This document shows, one piece after another, positions 36,724 to 49,584 of a stretch of 64,000 bases of DNA. Positions within the stretch are counted from its first letter, which is position 1. Each line of letters opens with the position of its first letter. The notes under the pieces are model-generated. The model ran no database searches, was not told where the DNA came from, and saw only the letters and a list, made by a program, of their open reading frames with translations. The stretch comes from Octopus sinensis (taxonomy: Eukaryota), in NCBI RefSeq assembly GCF_006345805.1, contig NC_043024.1, forward strand, positions 11,470,001 to 11,534,000, given 5' to 3'. A program made the translations under genes and the position numbers.

Positions 36724-39700
36724 GTAATAATATAATAATAATAAATGCCCTGATGCAGTACCAGGCAGTGGCTCTCATGGCCTCTGATCTTAACTGATTG
36801 GAAGTGTTATCATGTACATTGTTTTGTCTTGGTATAAAAGATGGCCTACAGCAAATATTCTGCTCAATACCACAGATTTGCTTGTCAGTTGTTTGACCTT
36901 AACCAGTTGAGCATGTCCCTTAGTGGCTGACGATATATGCATCTCTGACCACGAGCAGAAGTAGTGGGGGAGCATCATAGCCATGTGTTGAAAGGGATTC
37001 TTTGGGGGTTTGAATAATTCACCTCTGGAAACATGGGTGTTTCGTTCAACATCCTTAAACAGCCATTATTCAGGGACCTTTTGAGCGGGATGGGTTACTC
37101 GACCAGAAGAAAATTCTAACTGGGCCCCACCTACAAGGTCAGGCACTGTTTATCTTGACGTGAGATCACCATGTCGCGCACATATCGCTAAGCATTTCAC
37201 CCGGCTTGCTAACGTTTCTACCAGCTGCCAGTTCGCCGCCTACGAAGTCGTTGATACCAATGTTATGAGCAGAAGTCATTTTGCTTATAAACTGAATACA
37301 AAGTCATGGTCACAGAACAGCAACAGTAAGTGGAGACGCAATGGCCCAGTGGTTAGGGCGTTGTGTGTGTTTATTGAGCAAAAACTACTAAAGCTCCACG
37401 AGGCTCCAGCAGGGGGTGGTGGTGACCCCTGTTGTACTCTTTTGCTCTAACTTTCTCTCCACTTTTTCTTCCTGTTGCTTGTCCTCCCCGACTTCCTACG
37501 CAACCGCTGAGCCTGGATGCGCATTCATCCATCCGTCGATGCTCTTGGTGTTGGAGGTTGACCTGCTTTCTCTTCTGCGGGTCTTACGAATAGCAAAGGA
37601 CTACGTTTCGGACTTCTTCCACTGGACGAAGACTGCTACGCTCAACAGCAACAACAGTGGAGGCGCAATGGCCCAGTGGTGAGGGCAGCGGACTCGCAGT
37701 TGGAGGATCGCGGTTTCGACTCCCAGACCAGGCGTTGTGTGTTTATTGAGCAAAAACACCTAAAGCTCTACAAGGTTCTGGCAGGGGGTGGTGGCCACCC
37801 CTGTTGTACTCTTTCACTCCAACTTTCTCTCAGTCTTTCTTCCTGTTTCTTGTCCCCGACTTCCTACGCAACCGCTGAGCCTGGATGCGCATCCATCCAT
37901 CCTTCGATGCTCTCAGTGTCGGGGGTTGACCTGCTTTCTCTTCTGCGGGTCTTACGAATAGCAAAGGACCACGTTTCGGACTTCTCCACTGGACGAAGAC
38001 TGCTACGCTCAACAGCAACAACAGTGGAGGCGCAATGGCCCAGTGGTGAGGGCAGCGGACTCGCAGTTGGAGGATCGCGGTTTCGACTCCCAGACCAGGC
38101 GTTGTGTGTTTATTGAGCAAAAACACCTAAAGCTCTACAAGGTTCTGGCAGGGGGTGGTGGCCACCCCTGTTGTACTCTTTCACTCCAACTTTCTCTCAG
38201 TCTTTCTTCCTGTTTCTTGTCCCCGACTTCCTACGCAACCGCTGAGCCTGGATGCGCATCCATCCATCCTTCGATGCTCTCAGTGTCGGGGGTTGACCTG
38301 CTTTCTCTTCTGCGGGTCTTACGAATAGCAAAGGACCACGTTTCGGACTTCTCCCATCTTGCGAGTTCTGGGACAAAGACCGTTCGCTCAACAGCAGCCA
38401 CAATAATGACAACAAAAGCTAGCGACAACAATAAGAAGAACAACAGCAACAACAAAGACAAAATACCTGGTTTCATTCTTGGCTTTCAGGTAATTCTTGA
38501 TCCGTATCTCTTTCTTCTCCCTTTTGATGTATAAAGAATCTTTAGATCTGTTGAAAAGAAGGAGGAACGAAAGAGAATGAGAGAAAAAAAGAAAGAAAAT
38601 ACAAAATCAAAAATCAAATCACAATCAAAATGAAAACTGTAGTTGTGGCCAATGTCAGTCCCACCTGACTGGCTCCCCCGTGCCGGTGGCACATAAAAAG
38701 CACCATCCGAACATGGTCGATGCAGTGAGAACATCCCTCCTTCCTCACCTGCTCCAAAGAAGGCCAAAGTCGTTTCATCCGCAGGGAAGGAGATGGCTTC
38801 AGTTTTTTGGAATGCGAACAGTATTGTATTTATTGACTGTCATCAATGGAGAGCCCTATGTCAACATGCTGAGGCAGTTACAAAAGATTATCAAGACCAA
38901 ACACCCAGGAAAACTGATGAAAGGGGTCTTGTTTCATCAGGGCAATGCTCCAGCACACAAATCCTTGGTTTTAATGGCTGCTGTGTGAGACTCTGGCATT
39001 GAACAGGTTGATAACCTTCTCTATTCTCCTGGTTCGGCCCCATCTGACTATAACCTGTTCCCTACTTGACTGGGAAGCAGTATTACAGAGATGATGATGA
39101 TGATGCCATGTCTGCTACTGATCATGTTTTTGAGCAACATGATGAAAGTTCCCTCACCAATGGGACCCAAGCACTGCCATACCGATGTAAGAACTGCAAG
39201 GGGTTCTACGTTGTAAAACAAACCTCATTCGGTCACATTCCCTGAGAGCAGCGTTTCTCAACCAGGGTTCCCTGAAACCCTAGGGTTCCGTGAGAAAGAG
39301 TGAGATAAGCTAATGCTAATTTCAATATATATATATATATCCCTCTCTCTCTTTCGGAGAGGCACTGAGCAGCTATACGCACACATACACACACGGCAGT
39401 AACTTCCACCTACCGAATTCAATGACAAAGCTTCGGTCAGCTCGGGGCCACAGCGGAAGACACTTGGCCAAAGTGCCATGCAGTGGGACTGAACCCAAAA
39501 CCATGTAGCTAGGAATCAAGCTCCCTAACCACACAGCCATGCCCATGTATGTATATATATATGTATATATATATATATACTGCTAGTTAATATAAATAAT
39601 AAGAATATTTGTACTTACAGGAGGTTTCTTTGAGTCATCTGATGGTGACAAAAATTGAGGTATTTAAAAGATTCTCCTATCACCATGTTAACGACAATCC

Positions 39701-39784
39701 TGCAGAGACTGTTGGAGAAAATACAAAAAACATAAATAAGAGAAAATGTAAGTAATTGTGTGGATGTGCTGAATTGCAGTATAG

Positions 39785-39818
<34 letters not shown>

Positions 39819-41752
39819 ATGTGTGTGCATGTCTTTGTGTGTATGCGTTTGTGTGCATGTAAGTGTGTGTGCATGTGTGTGTGTATGTGTGTATGCATGT
39901 GTGTTTGTGTGTATGCGTTTGTGTGCATGTAAGTGTGTGTGCATGTGTGTGTGTGTATGTGTGCATGCATGTGTGTTTGTGTGTATGCGTTTGTGTGCAT
40001 GTAAGTGTGTGTGCATGTGTGTGTGTGTATGTGTGTATGCATGTGTGTTTGTGTGTATGCGTTTGTGTGCATGTAAGTGTGTGTGCATGTGTGTGTGTAT
40101 GTGTGCATGCATGTGTGTTTGTGTGTATGCGTTTGTGTGCATGTAAGTGTGTGTGCATGTGTGTGTGTGTGTATGTGTGTATGCATGTGTGTTTGTGTGT
40201 ATGCGTTTGTGTGCATGTAAGTGTGTGTGCATGTGTGTGTGTGTATGTGTGTATGCATGTGTGTTTGTGTGTATGCGTTTGTGTGCATGTAAGTGTGTGT
40301 GCATGTGTGTGTGTGTATGTGTGTATGCATGTGTGTTTGTGTGTATGCGTTTGTGTGCATGTAAGTGTGTGTGCATGTGTGTGTGTGTATGCATGTGTGT
40401 TTGTGTGTATGCGTTTGTGTGCATGTAAGTGTGTGTGCATGTGTGTGTGTGTATGTGTGCATGCATGTGGCAAAAATGAGTAACACTGCGATGGACTGGC
40501 ATCCCGTCCAGCTGAGGGGGAACACATACGCCATAGAAACCGGGAAACCGGGCCCATGAGCCTAGCTAGGCTTTAAAAGGGCGCATTTATTTGTGGAGGA
40601 GCGTGGCTTAGTGGTTAGGGTGTCAGCACCATGATCGTAAGATTGTGGTTTCGATTGCTGGACCAAGCGACGTGTTGTGTTATTGAGCAAGACACTTCAG
40701 TCCACTCAGCTGGCAAAAATGAGTAACGCTGCGATGGACTGGCATCCCGTCCAGCTGAGGGAGAACACATACGCCATGAGACTGGCTGCGCTTTAAAAGG
40801 GCGCATTTATTTATTTTTTTTTTGTTACCATATTCCTGTTGAAATATACTGCCTTTCTTTCAATAAATATAGGAAATAATGAATTAATTAAAGTAATTTT
40901 GTCATTATCAAGCTGGTGCTTGGAACATAAATTAACATCAAATTTCAATAAAGGGTTTTAAATTTGGGTAATTTTAAAACAGGAATTTTGTACCATAGAA
41001 CCAAGCACATTCTCAAGCAGGTTGTTACCAAAAGGGTTAAGGTTAAGGAAAGAAAAGGAACATAAAGTTACAACCTGAAGAATCTGTCCATATATTTACT
41101 AGTTCTTTTCCGGTAGAACTCCAATGCAGCTTGGAAATCTTCCAAGGTGTACGTCTTGCTGCAATGGAAAAGTATTGAATAATGATGATGATGATGATGA
41201 TGATGCCACCGCCGCCGCCATTCAAACTGATAGAAAGATAGATGCAAATAGGCCAGACATCAAATTGAAAGACTTCAGGCAAAAAACATGCCTCCTTATT
41301 GATATGATTGTCCCAATCGATATAAACGTATCTGTCAAGACCTACCAAAATCTGAGCAAATATAAAGATCTTGAAATAGAAATCAGCAAAATGTGGAAGC
41401 TGAAGACTAAAACAATACCTGTTGTCATAGGTGCCCTGGGAATGATAGCGAAAGGGACTGATTGCTACCTAACTCAGATACCAGGAAACCCCAAAATGAC
41501 AGAAATTCAAAAGATAATGCTCATGGGAACTGCTCATATCCTTCGCAAAATACTTTCTATGTAATCTCAAGTTTTAAAACAAACATAATTTTCTTATGGT
41601 TTTTTAGACATTCACTAGTACAACACTAAGTACAAAACCAAATATATGGCACCCTAGGCATAACACCAACATGAACTTCTAACTTGTTGTCTCTTGAGGT
41701 CTCTGGGTGAGACTTGGAGCCAACTTGTACAAATACAAAGCAAAAGGAAAAC

Positions 41753-41793
<41 letters not shown>

Positions 41794-44169
41794 GCCCTGA
41801 TGCAGTACCAGGCAGTGGCTCTCATGTCTTCTGATCTTAATTGATTGGAAGTGTTATCATGTACATTGTTTTGTTTTGGTATAAAAGATGGTCTACAGCA
41901 AATATTCTGCTCAATACCACAGATTTGCTTGTCAGTTGTTTGACCTTAACCAGTTGAGCATGTCCCTTGGTAGCTGATGATATGTGCATCTCTGATCACG
42001 AGCAGAAGTAGTGGGGGAGTATCATAGCCATGTGTTGAGAGGGATTCTTTGGGGTTTGGATAATTCACCTCTGGAAACATGGGTGGTTTCGTTCAACATC
42101 CTTAAACAACCCTTATTCAGGGACCTTTTGAGTGGGATGGGTTACTCGACCATAAGAAAAAAATTCTAACTGGGCCCCACCTGCAAGGTCTGGCGCTGTT
42201 TATCTTGATATGAGATCACCATATTGCATGCTGCATGTGCCTGGTGTACCCTTATCACACGGGTAGTCATGATGGGTATACTGGGCTTCATATAATTTAC
42301 CCCAGTGTCACTTTGATGGCATGCACTGCTCTCTCACTCAATAATAATAATAATAATAATAATAGTCATATTGTAACATCTCTTACCCTTCACTTGCCCT
42401 AGGACACTGGGTGTAGTTTGGCAAGTGACCAGAAGAAGCATGCAGATTAAAAGTAAAAAATAAAAATAATAATAATAATAATTTGATGCATCAAATCCTG
42501 TTTCCTTAATGATTAGAATCCCATTAAATTAGTGAGAAAAAGGAGAACAAATGATAATTAAATCTTACTTTGTGATAAATGGAAGAAAATTCACTGTTTT
42601 CAGCTCATTAATCAAACTGTTAAAGAAATAAATATATATATAATTAGTTAATTAATCAAACATGCATGGCTGTGAAGTTAAGAAGCTTGCTTTGTAATCA
42701 TGTGGTTTTGGGATCAATCCCACAACAGGGTACCCTGTACAAGTGTCTTCTAACATAGTCTTAGGCCTTGTGAGTGGAGTTGGTAGATGGAAACTTAAAG
42801 AAACCCATCACACACACATATATGTGTGTGTGTGTATATATATATACACACATCGTCGTCGTCATCATTTAACATCCTCTTTTCCATGACAATGACAGAA
42901 GTGGTAGTGATGATGATGATGATGATGGTGGTGGTGGCAAAGTCGACCTCAGCAGAATTTGAACTCAGAACGTAACGGCAGATGAAATACCTATTTCTTT
43001 ACTACCCACAAGGGGCTAAACACAGAGAGGACAAACAAGGACAGACGAAAGGATTAAGTCGATTACATTGACCCCAGTGCATAACTGGTACTTAATTTAT
43101 CGACCCCGAAAGGATGAAAGGCAAAATCGACCTCAGCGGAATTTGAACTCAGAACGTAACGGCAGACGAAATACCGCTAAGCATTTAGCCCGGCGCGCTA
43201 ACGTTTCTGCCAGCTCACTGCCTTTCTGTAACACTCTAACCTTTCATCATCTAACATAAGATCCTCTCCTTCAATGCCCACCTCTCCTCTCAAAGGTTCT
43301 TTGTCTTGCAAGTTACTTGGTGACCCAGACAGTGCTGGTGCCACATAAAAAGCACCCAGTACACTCTGTAAAGTGGTTGGCATTTGGAAGGGCACCCATC
43401 TGTAAATACTATGCCAAAACTCACCTCGCTTGTGCTGGTGCCACACAAAAAGCACTGTGTCCATTCTGTGGTATGGTTGGCGCTAGAAAGAGCATCCAGC
43501 TGTAAAAGCCATGCCAAAACAGACAAAGTAGCCTAGGGTAGTCTTGTATATGGCCGGCTCCTGTCGAACCATCCAAGCCATGCCAGCATGGAAAGAGGAT
43601 GTTAAACGATGATGGTGATGATGATGATGATGATGTCGATGATGATGATGACAGTGGTGATGATGATGATGATGATGACAGTGGTGATGATGATGATGAA
43701 GATGATGACAGTGGTGATGATGATGATTAAGATGATGACAGTGGTGATGATGATGATGATGACAGTGGTGATGATGATGATGATGACAGTGGTGATGATG
43801 ATGAGGGGAAGGAAGAGGAGGACTTAGTATTTGGTCACTTACTTTGATATCTGTAACAGCGCCGAATAGTAGAGGGGCATCGTGAAGATCAGGTGTTTCT
43901 CCAGAACTTCCCGGGTCTTGAGGAAAGCAAAATAATTCCTGGCAGACTTCCACCTGGTAATAAACCAATCGTGAAACATTGATTCATTGATCTCTTGTAT
44001 TGATCGTTAACGACATTGGTGGTGGAGTGGAGCAAGGGCGATAAGGTTATCAACACACTAATTTCAATTTAGCTTAATTAATAGAATATTAATCATCTAA
44101 AATGAAATTATGTGGTGAGACAGATTGGAAGATATACGGATATAAAATCAACAGATAATAATAATAATG

Positions 44170-44221
<52 letters not shown>

Positions 44222-44223
44222 TG

Positions 44224-44260
<37 letters not shown>

Positions 44261-44268
44261 TGATAATG

Positions 44269-44312
<44 letters not shown>

Positions 44313-44867
44313 GATGCAGTACCAGGCAGTGGCTCTCATGGCTTCTGATCTTAACTGATTGGAAGTGTTATCATGTACATTGTTTTGTCTTGCTATAAAA
44401 GATGGGTTACAGCAAATATTCTGCTCAATACCACAGATTTGCTTGTCAGTTGTTTGACCTTAACCAGTTGAGTATGTCCCTTAGTGGCTGACGATTTGTG
44501 CATCTCTGATCACGAGCAGAAGTAGTGGGGGAGCATCATAGCCATGTGTTGAGAGGGATTCTTTGGGGATTGGATAATTCACCTCTGGAAACATGGGTGT
44601 TTCGTTCAACATCCTTAAACAATCCTTATTCAGGGACCTTTTGAGCAGGATGGGTTACTTGACCTGAAGAAAATTCTAACTGAGCCCCACCTGCAAGATC
44701 ATGCACTGTTTATCTTGATATGCGATCACCATGTTGTGCACATATGGTTGTGATGCATGTGCCTGGTGTACCCTTATCAGACGAGTAGTCATGATGGGTA
44801 TACTAGGCTTTGTATATTTTACCCCAGTGTCACTTTGATGGCATGCACTGCTCTCTCACTCAATAAC

Positions 44868-44898
<31 letters not shown>

Positions 44899-47800
44899 TA
44901 CCAGGAAACCCGAAAATGGTAGAAATTCAAAAGATAGAGCTCATGGGAACTGCCCATATCCTACGCAAAATACTTTCTATGTAATCTCAAATTTTAAAAC
45001 AAACATAATTTTCTTATGGCTTCTTAAACATTCTCTAGTACAACACTAAGTACAAAACCAAATATATGGCACCCTAGGCATAACAGTAACATGAACCTCC
45101 AACCTGTTGTCTCTTGAGATCTCTGGGTGAGACTTGGAGCCAACTTGTACAAATACAAAGCAAAAGGCAAACATAAAATAGTAATAATATAAATAATATT
45201 AAGGAGTGGCTGTGTGGTAAGTAGCTTGCTAACCAACCACATGGTTCCAGGTTCAGTCCCACTGCGTGGCATCTTGGGCAAGTGTCTTCTGCTATAGCCC
45301 CGGGCCGACCAATGCCTTGTGAGTGGATTTGGTAGACGGAAACTGAAAGAAGCCTGTCGTATATATGTATATATATATAAGTGTGTGTGTATGTGTTTGT
45401 GTGTCTGTGTTTGTCCCCCTAGCATTGCTTGACAACCGATGCTGGTGTGTTTACATCCCCGTCACTTAGCGGTTCGGCAAAAGAGACCGATAGAATAAGT
45501 ACTGGGCTTACAAAGAATAAGTCCCGGGGTCGATTTCCTCGACTAAAGGCGGTGCTCCAGCATGGCCGCAGTCAAATGACTGAAACAAGAAAAAGAGAAA
45601 AAAAGAGAAAAATAATAATAATAATAGTAGTAGCAGTAGTAATATTGAAATAAGAAAAGAAACCTTTGGAACATCTTATAAATGAGGAAGTTCTTGAAGA
45701 AAGGAATTGCATGAACAGATTCCCACAACACAGCATCTCTTTGCCAGTCTGTCAGTTGTTGTGTCTCAGATGATAGATCTTCAAGGACGTGCAACACTCC
45801 AAACGTAGTGAACAGAAAGAATTCTTTGTTGAGCTGGAATATAAGAAGAATAAGAAGCAAAATAATCTTTATATATAAAACTGAAGTTGTGTCAGAGTCT
45901 GTCTCCTCCGATTTAGATTCCTAACTACTCCCACATTTTGCGGTGCAGTGTAACCAAAAGCGGGTATCTTATAGTCATGATTCATATCGAGCCCTTCTGG
46001 GTATTAGCGCATGTCTACGATGAGTCTATGATTTAAAAAAAAATTTACCATCATTTTTTCCCATTTTAATGCAATTTTTTTGCTATTATATAAGGGAAGT
46101 AACTCTCTAAAAATGCTTATATAGTTATTTCCCTTACAAACCTGAGCAACGCTGGGCGATACTGCTAGTCTTTATATATAAAAGTGAAGTTCTGTGTCTG
46201 TCTCCTACGATTTAGATTCCTAACTACTCCCACATTTTGCGGTGCAGTTTAACCAAAACCGGGTATCTTGTAGTCGTGATTCATATCGAACCCTTCTGGG
46301 TATTAGCGCGCGTCTACAATGAGTCTACGATTTAAAAAAAAATTTACCATCATTTTTTCCCATTTTTAATGCATTTTTTTGCTATTATATAAGGGAAGTA
46401 ACTCTCTAAAAATGCTTATATAGTTATTTCCCTTACAAACCTGAGCAACGCCGGGCGATACTGCTAGTTTTTATATATAATAGTGAAGTTGTGTGTCTGT
46501 CTCCTACGATTTAGATTCCTAACTACTCCCACATTTTGCGGTGCAGTTTAACCAAAACCGGGTATCTTATAGTCGTGATTCATATCGAGCCCTTCTGGGT
46601 ATTAGCGCGCGTCTACGATGAGTCTGCGATTTAAAAAAAAATTTACCATCATTTTTTCCCATTTTTAATGCATTTTTTCGCTATTATATAAGGGAAGTAA
46701 CTCTCTAAAAATGTCTACGATGAGTCAACGATTTAATAAAAAAATTTAACATCATTTTCCCCCATTTTTAATGCATTTTTTTGCTATTATATAAGAGAAG
46801 TAACTCTCTAAAAATGTATTATTAAATCTCAGAACGTAAAAAGCTACAGTAACACCCCCCCCCTTTGTGGTTAGCCATATTGAGATGGCTATTATACTTT
46901 ACATCTCTAAAAGTGCTTATATAGTTATTTCCCTTACAAACCCGAGCAACACCGGGTGATACTGCTAGTATATTATAAAAGAGGAACTGATCTTTGTCTG
47001 TCTATCACAACATCTATGTAGAAGGAGGCAAGAAGTGGAGGGGGGAAAAGGGGGAGATAACCCCTGTCACAACATATATTTACAAGTTAGGAGGAAAGGG
47101 AGGAAAAAAGTTGTCGAGAGAGAAATAGAGAAAGGGCAAAATAGAAATTAGTTACGTAGTATTGTTACTATAGTAACTAACAAAATTTGATTAAAAACAG
47201 GAATTTTATGTGCAAGTCTGTCAACACAATGCAATACGGACATCAAAAAATAACTATATATAATACTTTATTTAAAGCAGCAGAAAATTCAACAAAACCT
47301 GTTACTCTGAGTTTCCTGTTGCTGTTTATGAATAGCAACGGGAAACTCAGTGTAACAGGTTTTGTTGAATTTTCTGCTGCTTTAAATAAAGCATATTACT
47401 CTACCACTGGTATTTGAGTACTCTTTTTTCCACCTTGTTTCACATTTATGTGTTTACTCCGGTATATATATATATAATATATAGTTTTGTATTTGGTTGT
47501 TTAGGTGTTTTTCAGAGTGTCTTTTCAACAATGCAACACAGGCTTTAAAAGATGACTTTCGCTAATAATGGCAAGTTGTTGTTCTTGAGAGAGAAATATA
47601 GTGAGAGAGAGAGAGAGAGAGCTTGAATGATAGAATTAAAATTCATTTAAGAAAGAAACGAAACAGGTTGTCTTTGAGCAAATTAATATCATCATTGTAG
47701 TAGGTTTCTGCTGAAGAATGTATTTCATCTTGACTAAGTCATTACCCGGCAGCGTAGCAGTCAAGGAAACCAGTCAAGGCGGCACTGGCATCGGCCACGT

Positions 47801-48297
47801 TTGGATGGTACTTTTTATGTGCCACCGGCACAGAAAATCTGACTTTTCATAATATTGTAACCCCACCCCCTCTAGATGTGAACAACACATAAATTAAAAT
47901 TTTACATCATCATCATCGTCGTCGTTGTCATCATTTAACATTCATTTTTCCATGCCTGCATGGATCAGAGGAATTCATTGAGGCAGATTTTCTACGACTG
48001 AATACCCTTCCTGTCACCAACCCTCACCTGTATCCAAGCAAGGTAATATTCCCCCATGGCCAGACATGTTTTTAATAGAAGACTGGAAACAAACAACCTC
48101 GCTTGTATGAAGGTGAGGCTCATTTACAACCACCAAATGATGTTAATAAGCCATAAACAAAAGAGAAATAGTGAGAGTGCAAAAGAGAAATAGTTACATA
48201 GTGTTGTCACTATAGTAACTAACAAATTTTGATTAAAAACAGGAATTTTATGTGCAAGTCTGTCAACACAATGCAATACAGACCTCAAAAAAATAAC

Positions 48298-48329
<32 letters not shown>

Positions 48330-49070
48330 GCTTTTTATTTGGTTGTTTAGGTATTTTTCTGAATGTACTTTTCAACAATGCAAGGTGAGGCTCATTTACA
48401 ACCACCAAATGATGTTAATAAACCATATAAACAAAACAAACAAAAATAAATAAAATGACAAAATCTTCTGAATACCTACATTGTATTTTTGTACAGGAAT
48501 CAGATCATACGGACGGTAATGTCGAGATGGCGCCAAATTGAAATATAAATGTTCCTGGCTCCGTGAGTAATTGCATTTGGTATAATATTCCACAGCTTCT
48601 CGGCCAGACATACTTTTCTTTAAATCCACCTAGGACCAAATAGGAATTTCTGTATTAGAACAAGGTGAGTTGAATTTCTATGAACAAGACACAGCTTTGA
48701 AGGGTTTAGGTGAACAAATTGCCGCCAGTAAAGGGTAAAGACTCCCTTTGGCTATGAATGACCATGGGATTGCACCTAGAAAGTTCCCCCCCTCCGAGGC
48801 ACAAGTCTGGACAAGGTTGTTTATGGTAGAATAGCAGTCACCCATGGATACCAGCCTCCCTTCTTCATGTCGCCAATGTTATCCAAGGGAAAGGCAAAGG
48901 GGCCGATACAGCTTGGCACCTGTGACGTCACAACTCATTTCTACAGCTGAGTGAACTGGAGCAACGTGAAATAAGGTGTCTCGCTCAAGAACACAATGCA
49001 CAGCCCGGCCCGGGATTCAAACTCACAACCTCACGATTGTAAGCTCGACGCTCTAACCACTGAGCCATGC

Positions 49071-49112
<42 letters not shown>

Positions 49113-49541
49113 TATATACATACACACACATACTCTCTTTTTACTCTCTTTTACTTGTTTCAGTCATTTGACTGCGGCCTTGCTGGAGCACCGCCTTTAA
49201 TCGAGCAACTCGACCCCGGGACTTATTCTTTTGTAAGCCCAGTACTTGTTCTATCGGTCTCTTTTGCCGAACCACTAGGTAACGGGGACATAAACACACC
49301 AGCATCGGTTGTCAAGCAATGCTAGGGGGACAAACATATACACACACACGCATATATATATATACATATATACGACGGGCTTCTTTCAGTTTCCGTCTAC
49401 CAAATCCACTCACAAGGCTCTGGTCGGCCCGAGGCTATAGTAGAAGACACTTGCCCAAGGTGCCACGCAGTAGGACTGAACCCGGGACCATGTGGTTGGT
49501 AAGCAAGGTACTTACCACACAGCCACTCCTGTGCCTATATA

Positions 49542-49584
<43 letters not shown>

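Noticed and set aside
41793-41850. CTGATG at the 5' end of family E as a hammerhead core
   Set aside because: Reads CTGATGC rather than CTGANGA, with no stem II-GAAA arrangement.
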